A stretch of 64,000 nucleotides of DNA from an uncultured delta proteobacterium (GTDB taxonomy: Bacteria; Myxococcota; Myxococcia; Myxococcales; Myxococcaceae). The stretch is from the NCBI GenBank assembly GCA_963713045.1, contig CAVQKE010000003.1, positions 736,001-800,000 of the forward strand. Direction: 5' to 3'. A program made the position numbers and the translations under genes. The notes below the pieces were generated by a model. It made no database searches, was not told where the DNA came from, and saw nothing but the letters and a program-made list of their open reading frames with translations. Shown in pieces: positions 19,862 to 30,659 of the stretch. The stretch's first letter is position 1. Every line of letters starts with the position of its first letter.

Positions 19862-20981
19862 ATGGCGAAGGCTGAAGCGCTGGTTCCAGAGAGCCGTCTC
19901 ATCGCCATCGACTGGCTTCGCGGGCTGGTGATGGTGCTCATGACGCTGGACCATGCAAGCCACGCCTTCAACGCCGGCCGCCTGATGACCGACTCGGTGA
20001 GGTCGGACCGCTACCCGCTGCCAGCCGCGGACTTCCTCACCCGGTGGGCATCGCACATTGTGTGCCCCGACCTTTGTCTTCTTGGCCGGCACCTCCTTGG
20101 CGCTCAGCATCGCGCGTCGGACTCGCAGCGGCGCTTCGCCAGGGGACATCGACCGCCACATCCTCCTGCGTGGCCTCCTCATCACTGCGCTGGAGCTGTG
20201 GATGTCGCTTGCCTTCGTCGGGCCCCACGTCCTGCTGTTTCAAGTCCTCTACGCCCTCGGCATGGGCATGGTGTGCATGGCGGCCCTGCGCCGGCTCCCG
20301 GTCGGTTGGCTCCTTGCCTTCGGCCTGGTGGGCTGGCTCCTCTCGGAGCCCCTCGCGGCTTGGGCCGCGTCGCTTCAGGGGCCAAGCGCCGTGTTCGGCT
20401 CTCTACTGTTTGCGCCTGGGTTTTTTTGGAAGCACTTCATCGTCGGCTACCCACTGTTTCCCTGGCTCTGCACCATGGCCATTGGCTTCTGTTTCGGCCA
20501 ATGGCTCTTGGCGCAGCCGGCCCAGCGCCAAGCCCAGCGCGCTGTGCGGCTCCTCGTTCCGTGGGGACTGGCACTGCTGGCGCTGTACTTCGTCCTGCGT
20601 GGCCTCAACGGCCTTGGGAACATGGGCCTCTACCGGCATGACGGGTCGGTGGTGCAGTGGCTGCACGTCTGCAAATACCCGCCCAGTCTCGCCTATTGGG
20701 GCCTCGAACTCGGCTTGGCGGCGCTTCTGTTGGCCCTCGCCTTCGCCGCCCGGCTGCGCTGGTGGCCCCTGGTGCTGCTCGGCCAGACGGCCCTCTTCTA
20801 TTACCTGTTGCATGTCCACCTTTTGGACTTGGCCGCGCTGGCACTCGGCCTCTACGAGAAGGCCGGCCTTTTGGCGACATACTTGGCGACGCTGGGTGCG
20901 GTGGTGGTGCTGCTTCCCGCGTGCCGCTGGTACCGCGGCTACAAGCGCGCCCACCCCACCGGATGGCCCCAGTACATTTGA
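19862..20981 (+). CDS. DUF1624 / HGSNAT-like membrane acyltransferase-family protein, +1 frameshift near 20060
   Basis: GGAGG RBS; IDWLRGLVMVLMTLDH; TRWASH..CAPTFVFLAG; GYPLFPW; KYPPSL; FYYLLH. Confidence 0.88.
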
Positions 20982-21017
20982 GGCGGCCGACGGCTGCCCC
21001 GGGTGCCGCCAGTCCCG

Positions 21018-22425
21018 TTAGGTCCGCGCGCTGAGAAGCTCGAGCAGCTCGGGCCCCACCTGGGTGATGTCGCCCGCGCCAAGGGTGAGCACCAGGTCCC
21101 CTCGCTCCAGCCGCGGCAGCAATGCGGCGGCGACGTCGGCGCGCTTCTCCACGTACGTCACGTCGCGGTGCCCGTGCGCCCGCACCGCCTCCACCACCGC
21201 CGCGCCATTCACCCCGGCAATGGGTTCCTCGCTGGCGGCGTAAATGCCCGTCACCACCACCAGGTCGGCGTCGTTGAAGGCGCGCGCAAACTCCGCCAGC
21301 AAGTCCCTGGTGCGCGTGTAGCGGTGTGGCTGAAAGGCCACCACCAGTCGCCGTCCAAACGCAGCGCGCGCGCCGGCCAGCGTGGCCATCACCTCCGCCG
21401 GGTGGTGGCCGTAGTCATCCACCACCGTGATTCCGTCCACCTCCCCCCGCACCGTAAAGCGGCGCTGGACTCCCTCGAAGCCGGCCAGCGCTTTGCGGAC
21501 CACCCCCAAGGGCACCTCCATCTCGTCGGCCACGGCAATCACGGCCAGGGCGTTGAGGGCGTTGTGCGCACCCACCATCCGCACCGCGAATTCGCCCAAG
21601 CCCTCGCTACGACGGAAGGCGTGGAAACGCGTGGTAAAACCGTCCAGCGTCACCCCTTCCAGCCGGTAATCTGCGGCGTGCGTCGTCCCGTAGGTGACGA
21701 AGCGTTTCTCCACGCCGGGGAGCAGCGCCTGGACGTTGGGATGGTCGAGGCAAAGAACGTTGAGCCCGTAGAAGGGCACCCGGTTGCAGAACTCGACAAA
21801 GGCCTGGCGCAACGCCTCCACCGTCCCAAAGTGGTCCAGGTGCTCGGGGTCGACGTTGGTGACGACAGCGATGGACGGGTGAAGCCGCAGGAAGCTTCCG
21901 TCCGACTCGTCGGCCTCCACCACCATCAAGTCACTCTTGCCGAGCTTGGCGTTGCTGCCGAGGACATTCACCTTGCCACCCACCACCGCGGTGGGGTCCA
22001 GCCCAGCCGCGTTCAGCACCGTGGCCACCATCGAGGTGGTGGTGGTTTTCCCGTGGCTACCGGCCACGGCCACGCCAGTATTTGAGCCGCATCAGCTCAG
22101 CCAGCATCTCCGCGCGCGGGATGACGGGGATTTTTCGCGCATGGGCGGCGAGAATTTCAGGGTTGTCCCGACGCACCGCCGAGGACGTCACCACCACGTC
22201 CGCCACGCCGAGGTTTTCTCCGCGGTGGCCAATGGCCACGGTGGCCCCCAGCTTCTGTAGCCGCCGGATGATGTCCGACTCTTTCAGGTCGCTGCCGCTC
22301 ACCTGGTAGCCCAAGTTGAGCAACACCTCGGCGATGCCGCTCATGCCAATGCCGCCGATGCCGACAAAGTGCACCCGGGCCGCGTGGCGCGTCTTGAAGA
22401 GGCTGGCCTGGGGACGGGAAGTCAC
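21018..22425 (-). CDS. murC: UDP-N-acetylmuramate--L-alanine ligase, +1 frameshift near 22078
   Basis: [12 protein letters not shown] in one frame; [33 protein letters not shown] in the next. Confidence 0.95.
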
Positions 22426-23546
22426 TTCCCGGGGGCCTCGGAGGGCCGACGCGCAGCGCGGCCGCGCGCTCGGTCCACCAGCTCAACGCACACGTCGGCC
22501 AGCTCGCGCGCCGCCTCCGGCCGACCGAGCAGTCCTGCCTCCCGCGCCATCTTCTGCAACCGCTCGGGGTGCTGGTAGAGCTCGCGAATGGTGTCGGCCA
22601 GCACCGGGCCAGTGAGCTGCGACTCGCGGTACATGAGGGCCGCCCCGGCCGCCACCAGGGCACGGGCGTTGACTGCCTGGTGGTCGTCGGTGGCGCCCGG
22701 AAAAGGCACCAGCACCGAGGCCTTCTTGCAGATGGCCAGCTCGGCCACCGTGCCAGCGCCAGCGCGACAAACCACCAGCGAGGCGCGGGCGTAGGCGGCC
22801 GACATGTCGGCGATGAAATCCACCACGTCGGCGCGAAAGCCGGCGCCGGCATAGGCGGCGCGAGCCGCCGGCAAGTCTGCGTTTCCGCTTTGGTGGACGA
22901 AGTCGACGGCCTCCCGCAAGTCCGTGAGGAAGCCCAGCGACTCCAACACCCGCACGTTCAGTCCGTGCGCTCCTTGGGAACCGCCGAGGACCAGCACCTC
23001 AAACCGGTCGTGCGCGGACTTGCTGCGCAGGTAGTTGTCGAGCAGCTTGCGGCGCACCGGGTTTCCCACCAGATGCGTCTTGGCCGCCGGGAAGGCGGCG
23101 CGCGACTCCTCGAAGGCGATGAAGACGGCCTGGACGAAATGCCCCAGGACCCGGTTGGTGAAGCCGGGCAAGGCATTCTGCTCCTGGATGGCGGTGGGGA
23201 TGCGCCGCAGCCAAGCGGTCAGCACCACCGGGCCGCTGGCATAGCCTCCCACCCCAACCACCACGTCCGGGCGAAAACGGCTGAGGATGCGCCACGACTC
23301 AAAGAAGGACCAGGGCAGCAGCAGCAGCCCCACAAGAAAGCTGCCAACCCGCTTGCCCTTCAGGCCGCGGGCGGAAATGGTTTGCAGGGAGAAGCCCGAA
23401 GCCGGCACCACCCGCGCCTCCAGTCCGCGCCGCGTGCCGACAAAGAGGACAGCGTTTCGGGGATGGCGGGTGGTGAATTCCTCGGCCAGCGCGATGCCGG
23501 GGAAGAGGTGGCCACCCGTGCCACCACCGGCGATGAGCATCCTCAT
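22422..23546 (-). CDS. murG: Lipid II GlcNAc transferase
   Basis: [42 protein letters not shown]. Confidence 0.98.
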   Translation of the reverse strand: MRMLIAGGGTGGHLFPGIALAEEFTTRHPRNAVLFVGTRRGLEARVVPASGFSLQTISARGLKGKRVGSFLVGLLLLPWSFFESWRILSRFRPDVVVGVGGYASGPVVLTAWLRRIPTAIQEQNALPGFTNRVLGHFVQAVFIAFEESRAAFPAAKTHLVGNPVRRKLLDNYLRSKSAHDRFEVLVLGGSQGAHGLNVRVLESLGFLTDLREAVDFVHQSGNADLPAARAAYAGAGFRADVVDFIADMSAAYARASLVVCRAGAGTVAELAICKKASVLVPFPGATDDHQAVNARALVAAGAALMYRESQLTGPVLADTIRELYQHPERLQKMAREAGLLGRPEAARELADVCVELVDRARGRAARRPSEAPGK

Positions 23547-24733
23547 GCCGGCGCTTCCGACAGCGGGCGGCGTCGCACCGCGCCGGAGCGCATCGGCGCA
23601 GTGGCGGCGCTCAGGCTGAGCAGCGCGCCGGCGGCCGTCATCGACACCACCAGCGAGCACCCTCCATAGGAGACGAAGGGCAGCGTCAGCCCCTTGGTGG
23701 GCAGCATGCCCATGGCGACGCTCATGTTGACCACCGCCTGGACCCCAAGCAGTGCGGTCAACCCGAGGCCAAGGTAAGTGCCGAAGGTTTCCGAGGCATG
23801 CAGCGCGGCCCGCGTGCCGCGCCAGACGATGACGGCGTAGAGAAGGACCATGGCGGCTGCGCCGAACAGGCCGAGCTCCTCGCCCACAATGCTGAAGATG
23901 AAGTCGGTGTGGGCCTCCGGCAAAAAGAAGAGCTTCTGGCGGCTCTCGCCCAACCCCAGGCCCCAGAAGCCTCCCGAGCCGACCGAAATCAGGGACTGGG
24001 CCACCTGGTAGCCGACGTCGTGTCGGTGCGCCCAGGGGTCGAGGAAGGCCTTGATGCGCGCCCAGCGGTATGGAGAGTGGGCCACGGCGTGGTAGGCCAG
24101 TGGCAGCGCGAGAAGCACCGAGCCAACGAGGTAGGAGAGTTTGGTGCCGGCGGCGAAGAGGAGGACGAAGAGGAGCGCCAAAAGCTCCACCGCGCTTCCG
24201 AAATCCGGTTGGGCCATGCACAACACCACCAACAGCCCTCCCAACAGCACGTGGGGGAGGAAACCGATGCTAAAGGAGGCCACCTTCTCGCGCTTCTTGG
24301 CCAGGCTGTAGGCCAAGTACACCACCCAGGTGAATTTGGCGATTTCGGCCGGCTGGATGCTGACTCCGGGAAACCGAATCCATCGTCGGGCGCCGCCCAC
24401 CAGTGTCCCAACCCCGGGCATCAGCACCAGCACCAACAGCAGCACCGTCACCACCAGCAGCGGGTAGGCCAGCCGCGCCAGGCGCCGGTAGCCGACTTTC
24501 AGCGCGGTGGCCATGGCCAACAACCCCACCAGCGCTGCCACCAGCTGTCGCTGCAGAAAATAGAAGCCACTTCCCGTCTTCTGAAGTGCCATCACCGCGC
24601 TGGCCGAATACACCATCACCAGTCCGAGGCTGAGCAGGCCCAGCACTGCGGCCAGGAGAATTGGGTCCACTGTGAGCCGCACCGGCTCGGTGCGGCTGTC
24701 GGGAAGCGCCTGGGAGGGCTGACGCCACCTCAT
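23543..24733 (-). CDS. ftsW: SEDS peptidoglycan polymerase FtsW
   Basis: MVYSAS, GARRWI, QPAEIAK, QPDFG, FLPEAHTDFIFS, LPFVSYGG. Confidence 0.97.
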   Translation of the reverse strand: MRWRQPSQALPDSRTEPVRLTVDPILLAAVLGLLSLGLVMVYSASAVMALQKTGSGFYFLQRQLVAALVGLLAMATALKVGYRRLARLAYPLLVVTVLLLVLVLMPGVGTLVGGARRWIRFPGVSIQPAEIAKFTWVVYLAYSLAKKREKVASFSIGFLPHVLLGGLLVVLCMAQPDFGSAVELLALLFVLLFAAGTKLSYLVGSVLLALPLAYHAVAHSPYRWARIKAFLDPWAHRHDVGYQVAQSLISVGSGGFWGLGLGESRQKLFFLPEAHTDFIFSIVGEELGLFGAAAMVLLYAVIVWRGTRAALHASETFGTYLGLGLTALLGVQAVVNMSVAMGMLPTKGLTLPFVSYGGCSLVVSMTAAGALLSLSAATAPMRSGAVRRRPLSEAPA

Positions 24734-26097
24734 GAAAGCGCCCTCACCAAGCGGCGGAAGGTGTCCCCGCGGTCTTCAAAGTTGAGAAACTGGTCAAACG
24801 AGGCGCAGGCGGGAGACAACAGCACCACGTCCCCGGGGCGAGCGAGTTCCCGGGCGCGGGTGACCGCCCGTTCCAGCGTGCCGCAGGCGTGGACGGTGAA
24901 CTGCGTGGCGAACTCCTCTTCAATCAGGGGGCCATCCTGCCCAAGGGTGAGCACCGCAGCGACTTTTCCGCCCGCCGCCTGGCGCAGAGGCCCGTAGGGG
25001 GCGCCCTTCCCTTTGCCGCCGGCCAGCAGCCACAGGCGGCTTCCCGGTGGGAAGGCCTTCAACGCCACCACCGCCGCGTCGACATTGGTGGCCTTGCTGT
25101 CATTGACCCACTCGACGCCGTCGAGGACGCGGATGGACTCAAGTCGGTGGGAGAGGCCTGGGAAGCTGTCCAGGCCCCGCTGGGCGTCCGCCGGCTGCAC
25201 GCCGACATGCAGCGCCAGAAGCGTGGCCGCCATGGCGTTTTGCAGGTTGTGCGCCCCGCGCAGGGCGCGGTTGGCCACTCGGAAGGAGAGGTCCTCGCTC
25301 AGCACCCGGAAGCCGTCCCCCGACGCCACCGCTGCGCCGGCAAAGCCGCCGGGCAGCGTGGTGCGCTCGTCCAGGGTGAAGCCACGGGCCGTCGCCCGGA
25401 GCTGCCCCGCAAGACGCACCGTCCAGGGGTCGTCCAGGTTGAGCACCGCCACATCCGCTGGCTCTTGGCTCAAGAAAATGCGGGCCTTCGCCCGGGCATA
25501 TTCCTCGAGGGAGGGGTGGCGGTCGAGGTGGTCCGGCGTCAGGTTGAGAACGGCGGCGGCGTGGACGCGCAGCGTCTGCAGCCCCTCGAGTTGAAAGCTG
25601 GAAAACTCCACCACGTAGACGCCGGGTGGCTCGGCCTCGGCCGCCTCGGAAAGCGGCGTCCCAAGATTTCCACCGACGAAGGGCCGAAGGCCGCCTGCGG
25701 CGCACAGTGCGCCGCACAGCGCGGTGGTGGTGCTTTTGCCGTTGGTGCCGGTAATGCCCACCACCGGGACACCTGGGGCCAGCAGGCGTGCGGCCAACTC
25801 CACCTCCCCCCACACCGGGACTCCCCGGCCGCGCGCCTGGGCGAGCGAGGGCAGCGACAGCGGCACCCCCGGGCTCACCACCACCAGCGCCGGCGTTCCC
25901 AGGTCCAGGGTGCCCAGTGGCTCCCCGGCGCGCAGCACCGCCCCGCTGGCGGACAGCGCGGCCGAGGCTGGCCCAAGCTGCTGCAGCGGCTGGGCGTCGC
26001 GCACCGTGACGCGCGCCCCGGCCCGTCCGAGGAGTCGCGCGGCGGCCAGGCCGCTCTTGCCCGCCCCCAACACCTCCACCGTGCGGCCGGACAACAC
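24730..26097 (-). CDS. murD: UDP-MurNAc-L-Ala--D-glutamate ligase (start approximate)
   Basis: GAGKSG, VSPGVP, ITGTNGKSTT, EFSSFQLE, PDHLDRH, NDSKATN, LSPACASFDQF. Confidence 0.96.
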   Translation of the reverse strand: MLSGRTVEVLGAGKSGLAAARLLGRAGARVTVRDAQPLQQLGPASAALSASGAVLRAGEPLGTLDLGTPALVVVSPGVPLSLPSLAQARGRGVPVWGEVELAARLLAPGVPVVGITGTNGKSTTTALCGALCAAGGLRPFVGGNLGTPLSEAAEAEPPGVYVVEFSSFQLEGLQTLRVHAAAVLNLTPDHLDRHPSLEEYARAKARIFLSQEPADVAVLNLDDPWTVRLAGQLRATARGFTLDERTTLPGGFAGAAVASGDGFRVLSEDLSFRVANRALRGAHNLQNAMAATLLALHVGVQPADAQRGLDSFPGLSHRLESIRVLDGVEWVNDSKATNVDAAVVALKAFPPGSRLWLLAGGKGKGAPYGPLRQAAGGKVAAVLTLGQDGPLIEEEFATQFTVHACGTLERAVTRARELARPGDVVLLSPACASFDQFLNFEDRGDTFRRLVRALS

Positions 26098-26138
26098 TGG
26101 GAAGGCAGTTGACGTGGGGTGGCCCTCCCTGGCCCCAG

Positions 26139-27311
26139 TCAGCGCAGCTTCAGCGTGAGCAGCGCCACGCCGCAGCAGAGAATGGAGACAATCCAGAAAC
26201 GGACGATGATTTTGGGCTCGCTCAAGCCCTTCAGCTCGAAGTGGTGGTGGACGGGTGCCATCCGGAAGACGCGCCGGCCGGTGAGGCGAAAGGATGCCAC
26301 CTGAATCATCACCGAGAGCAACTCGGCGAGAAAGACGCCGAGGACGAAAACCGACGTTACCTCTTGCTTGCTGAGGACGGCCAAGCCGCCCAGCCCTCCG
26401 CCGAGGGCCAGCGCCCCGACATCCCCCATGAAGACCGAGGCGGGGTAGGCGTTGAACCAGAGGAAGGCAATGCCGGCCCCCACGATGGATGCGCAGAAGA
26501 CGGCCAGCTCGGCGCCGCCCACCACCTGGGCGATGCCCAGGTAGCGCCACAGCGGAACGCTGACCAGCTTCAGGCCGCCGCCGCCCGCGGCGGGCAGCCA
26601 GTCCGCCAGGAAGAGGCCGCTGCCAGCCACGTAGCAAAAGATGGAGAAGGTGAGGGCCGCGACGATGGTGGGGACAATGGCCAACCCGTCCAAGCCGTCG
26701 GTGAGGTTGACGGCGTTGGAGGCCCCCACCACCACCAGCCAGGCGAATCCGAGGTAGGCCCAGCCCAACTCCAGGTTGAAGTGCCGGGTGGGGACGAAGG
26801 GCAGGGTGAGGCGGGTGTCCACCAGCAGGTGCGGTGTCCCACCCTGCCAGGTGCACAAAATGCCAAAAATCCCCACCACGAAGAAGAGTGTCTGCAACAG
26901 CAGCTTCTTCCTTGGAGCAAGCCCCTTGGAGTTGCGCTTGGACAGCTTCAGCCAGTCGTCCAGAAAGCCAATGAAGCCGAAGCCCAACGTCCAGAGGAGC
27001 GCCACCCAAATGACGCGCTCGCGCAGGTCAGCGAAGAGCAGCGTCGCCAGCGCAACGCACACCAGAATGAGTGCTCCGCCCATGGTGGGCGTACCCTTCT
27101 TCGTCTGGTGTCGGTCCGGCGTGTCCTCCCGGACGTTGTTTGCCTCGCCTTGGGTGGCCCGCAGCTGGGCGATGACGCTTCGGCCGAAGAGCAGCCCAAT
27201 CAGCAGCGCCGCCACCCCAGCGGCGACAATCCGAAAGGTGGGGTAGCGCAGAAAGTTGAGAAAGCGCCCCGCGTGGCTGTCCTTGAATGCCTCGTAGAGG
27301 AGAAAAAGCAT
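26139..27311 (-). CDS. mraY: Phospho-MurNAc-pentapeptide transferase
   Basis: KKGTPTMGG, GFLDDW, SNAVNLTDGLDGLA, FMGDVG, APVHHHFE. Confidence 0.98.
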   Translation of the reverse strand: MLFLLYEAFKDSHAGRFLNFLRYPTFRIVAAGVAALLIGLLFGRSVIAQLRATQGEANNVREDTPDRHQTKKGTPTMGGALILVCVALATLLFADLRERVIWVALLWTLGFGFIGFLDDWLKLSKRNSKGLAPRKKLLLQTLFFVVGIFGILCTWQGGTPHLLVDTRLTLPFVPTRHFNLELGWAYLGFAWLVVVGASNAVNLTDGLDGLAIVPTIVAALTFSIFCYVAGSGLFLADWLPAAGGGGLKLVSVPLWRYLGIAQVVGGAELAVFCASIVGAGIAFLWFNAYPASVFMGDVGALALGGGLGGLAVLSKQEVTSVFVLGVFLAELLSVMIQVASFRLTGRRVFRMAPVHHHFELKGLSEPKIIVRFWIVSILCCGVALLTLKLR

Positions 27312-28700
27312 TCAGTGCCCGGCGGCCGCAGCCGTCCCAGTCAGTCGTTCCACCAGCCGCTCCATGCGCATGCCCCGGCTTCCCTTCACCAAGACGACGT
27401 CCCCGGGCCTCAGCCGTGTCCGGAGCCATTCCCAAAGCGGCTCCACTTCCACGAACCGTGCCGCCTCCGGATTCTCCTCGGCGGGCACCGCGGCGGCGCT
27501 GCGCGGGCCAAGGAAGGCGCGCACTGCCGCCAGCCTGGAAGCCACTTCGGCCATCTGCCGATGCTCCTCGGCCTCCCCGGTGCCGAGTTCGAGCATGTCC
27601 CCGAGGACGGCCACCACCCGTCCGGTGCCGGCGAGCTCCCGCGCCGTCTGCAGGGCGGCCAGCACCGACGCCGGGTTGGCGTTGTAGCAGTCGTCCAGCA
27701 CGGTGAGGCCGCCCGGCGCTTGCAGGACAGTCAGTCGGCGGGCGGTCGGCTGGGCTGAGGAGAGTCCTTGGACGCAATTCTCTACCGAGGCCCCCAGCGC
27801 TCGGGCCAGGGCCACCGCCGCCGCCGCATTGTGGGCATTGTGCGCGCCGACGAAGGCCAGCTGGACAGTGAGGGTGCGGCCGTCTGCCCGCAGGCGGACT
27901 TCCTGCCCGGCGCGGCCAAGCGACCGCGTCCCCTCGAGGCGTACATCTGCGCGCCCATCTCGCCCAAAGGTGAGCCATCGGGCTTGGGCTTTCTTGGCCT
28001 GTTCGACCACCTGTGGCTCGTCCAGGTTCACCACCGCCGTGGCGCTCGCGGACAGGCCCGAAAACAGCTCTCCTTCCGCAGCGGCCACTCCGGCCAGGCT
28101 CCCCAGGCCCTGAAGGTGCTCGGGCTGGATGGTGGTCAGCACGCCGGCGTCCGGTTCCGCTAGGGCCACCAGCCGCCCCATTTCCCCGGGCGCATTCATC
28201 CCCAGCTCCACCACGGCGGCGCGGTGCTGGGAGGTGAGGCGGAGCAGCGTCAAGGGCAGGCCGACTTCGTTGTTGAGGTTGCCTTCCGTCTTCAGCGCCG
28301 GGCCGCCAGCCAAGAGGATGCTGCCCACCATCTCCTTGGTGGTGGTTTTGCCGTTGCTGCCTCCCACCGCGCCGACCGGCAGCCGAAAGCGCCGGCGGTG
28401 AAGGCGCGCCAATGCCCCCAGCGCCTTCAGGGGGCTTTCCACCGCGAAGAGCCCGAACCCCGGCGGAACGGGCGGAAGGGGCTGACCGCTGCGCACCACC
28501 GCGCCGGCCGCCCCACGGGCCGCAGCGGAGGCGACAAAGGCGTGCGCGTTGAAGCGCTCGCCTTCCAGGGCGACAAAGAGGGCCCCCGGTTCCAGGGTGC
28601 GCGAGTCCGTCGAGACCGAGCTGAAGAGCGCCGCCAAAGGGGCGCAACGCACCTCGGCTGAGGTCGCCTCGAGAAGGTCAGCCGGGGTGAACGACGCCAC
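27312..28700 (-). CDS. murF: UDP-MurNAc-tripeptide--D-Ala-D-Ala ligase
   Basis: TDSR, GSNGKTTTKE, GNLNNEVGLP, DCYNANP, LGDMLELG, KGSRGM. Confidence 0.97.
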   Translation of the reverse strand: MASFTPADLLEATSAEVRCAPLAALFSSVSTDSRTLEPGALFVALEGERFNAHAFVASAAARGAAGAVVRSGQPLPPVPPGFGLFAVESPLKALGALARLHRRRFRLPVGAVGGSNGKTTTKEMVGSILLAGGPALKTEGNLNNEVGLPLTLLRLTSQHRAAVVELGMNAPGEMGRLVALAEPDAGVLTTIQPEHLQGLGSLAGVAAAEGELFSGLSASATAVVNLDEPQVVEQAKKAQARWLTFGRDGRADVRLEGTRSLGRAGQEVRLRADGRTLTVQLAFVGAHNAHNAAAAVALARALGASVENCVQGLSSAQPTARRLTVLQAPGGLTVLDDCYNANPASVLAALQTARELAGTGRVVAVLGDMLELGTGEAEEHRQMAEVASRLAAVRAFLGPRSAAAVPAEENPEAARFVEVEPLWEWLRTRLRPGDVVLVKGSRGMRMERLVERLTGTAAAAGH

Positions 28701-28717
28701 CTGAGCGGTCGCCTCCC

Positions 28718-30226
28718 CTAGGCCGGTCCGGGCTTCGCGAGCGCGGCGCGGGTCTCCGCGACGTCGTCGAAGGGAAGTCGCTCGGTACCGATTTCCTGGT
28801 AGGTTTCGTGCCCTTTGCCGGCGACCAGAATGACGTCCTCCGGCCGGGCCAGCGAGGCCGCCGTTTCCAGGGCAGTTCGCCGGTCGACTTCCACCAGGTA
28901 GCCGCGCTCACCGCTGCGCGATTTGCCCGCGCTGATGCGGCGCAGTCCACCCTTCTCGAGGCCGGGCGTCACCTGGGCAATGATTTCCGCGGGGTCTTCG
29001 GTCCGGGGGTTGTCACTCGTCACCACCGCCAAGTCTGCCCCTTCCGCCACCACCTGTCCCATCAAGGGGCGCTTGCCCTTGTCCCGGTTCCCGCCGCAGC
29101 CGAAGACCACAATCAGCCGCCCCTTGGAGAGGGCGCGCGCGGCTTCCAGCGCGCGCCGAAGCGCATCGTCGGAGTGGGCGTAGTCCACCAGCGCGACGCG
29201 CCCATTTTCCTCCACCCGCTCCATGCGGCCAGGGACACGCTTCACCCGCTCGATGCCTTCCTGGACGTCCCGTCGGCCGAAACCGGCCCCCAGGGCCATG
29301 CCCGCCGCGGCGAGGATGTTTTCTAGGTTGTGCGGGCCGAGCAGCGCGGACTTCACCTGGATGTCGCCGGCGGGCGTCTTCAACGTCGCGCGGATGCCGT
29401 CCAGCCCGAGCTCCACCCCAGCCGCGGAAATCTCGCCGGTGCCGGTGCGGCTGAATTTCCAGGCCATTCGTCGCGCGTTGCGGACTTCGTTGTAAATGCG
29501 CGCGGCGTAGGTGTCGTCCCCATTCACCACGGCAACGCCTCCCGGAGAGAGGTTGTCATTGAAGAGCTTTCGCTTCGCCTGGAAGTACGCCTCCATGTCG
29601 GGGTGGTAGTCGAGGTGGTCGCGCGAGAGGTTGGTAAAGGCCGCTGCGCGGAAGGTGAGGCCGTGCACCCGGTCTTGGTCGAGGGCGTGGCTCGACACTT
29701 CCATCACCACCGTGTCGGTACCTGCGTCGAGCATCTCCCGGAAGAGGGCATGCAGCGCCAGGGCGTCGGGCGTGGTGTGCGGGCTTTGCTGCGTCCGGCC
29801 GGCGAAGCGCACCTCGATGGTGCCGATGCGGCCGACGGCGGCGCCGCCGGCCGAGCAGATGGACTCGAGCAGGTAGGCGGTGGTGGTCTTCCCATTGGTT
29901 CCGGTGACGCCGAGAAGCATCAACTCATTGGCCGGGCGCCGATAAATATTGGCCGCAACTTCCGCCAGCGCGCGCCGGGCAGACGGCACCTTGAAGACTG
30001 GGAGGTCGGCCACCACCGCGCGCTCCGCCAGCACCGCCACCGCGCCGCTGGCCTTGGCTTCGGCAACGAAGCTGCTCCCGTCGTGGGTCGCACCAGGGAT
30101 GGCGACGAAGAGGTCACCCGGCCGCAACTTCCGACTGTCGTGCGCCACCCCGGTGACATCGAGGGAGGCCCGCGAGCCCGAGAGTTGCTCTGCCCCCACA
30201 CCTGCCAACACGTCTGTCAACTTCAT
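28718..30226 (-). CDS. murE: UDP-MurNAc-dipeptide--meso-DAP ligase
   Basis: TGTNGKTTT, MEVSSHAL, DHLDYH, DYAH, DNPR, AGKGHE. Confidence 0.98.
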   Translation of the reverse strand: MKLTDVLAGVGAEQLSGSRASLDVTGVAHDSRKLRPGDLFVAIPGATHDGSSFVAEAKASGAVAVLAERAVVADLPVFKVPSARRALAEVAANIYRRPANELMLLGVTGTNGKTTTAYLLESICSAGGAAVGRIGTIEVRFAGRTQQSPHTTPDALALHALFREMLDAGTDTVVMEVSSHALDQDRVHGLTFRAAAFTNLSRDHLDYHPDMEAYFQAKRKLFNDNLSPGGVAVVNGDDTYAARIYNEVRNARRMAWKFSRTGTGEISAAGVELGLDGIRATLKTPAGDIQVKSALLGPHNLENILAAAGMALGAGFGRRDVQEGIERVKRVPGRMERVEENGRVALVDYAHSDDALRRALEAARALSKGRLIVVFGCGGNRDKGKRPLMGQVVAEGADLAVVTSDNPRTEDPAEIIAQVTPGLEKGGLRRISAGKSRSGERGYLVEVDRRTALETAASLARPEDVILVAGKGHETYQEIGTERLPFDDVAETRAALAKPGPA

Positions 30227-30418
30227 CAGGATTCCTAGTCTGGTAAGGCCCCCTCGGAGGGGTGGGCGAAACTCACCGACTGCGAGACATTCCGGGGGTT
30301 TAGAGACGACGAATTACACCGTGAGACACCGTGAGACGGACAGCGTGGACACAGCGGTCAAGGCGCGGGGGCCCGTCGAAACGGCTCGTCGAAGCATGAC
30401 CCACCTAGCCATCGGCCA

Positions 30419-30427
30419 ATTCTATCA
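30419..30427 (-). promoter_or_regulatory. Putative extended -10 internal promoter upstream of murE
   Basis: Minus strand TGATAGAAT (TGn-TAGAAT) in the ~430-bp ftsI-murE gap. Confidence 0.45.
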
Positions 30428-30659
30428 GCCGCTTTGTCTCCGCGGGGACATCTTTTGCTGCTGATGAAGCGCCGGGGGCAGCGGAGGGCAACCGGCCCCA
30501 GCCAGCCGGCAGACGAGGGCCCGCACCGGCACGCGGTGCCGGGAGGGCCACTGGGGTGCCCGTCGGCGGCGTCGCATGCCTTCCTCAAGTGGCCGTCACC
30601 CCCCGGGCGGCCGGACCAGGTCGAGGACCCGCCCCGAGTGAAGCAAGCGGAGGGACGCG

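Noticed and set aside
30425..30577. 50-aa ORF MRRRRRAPQW... with GAGGAAGG upstream in the ftsI-murE gap
   Set aside because: Arg/Pro-rich composition typical of random high-GC sequence; no homology evidence
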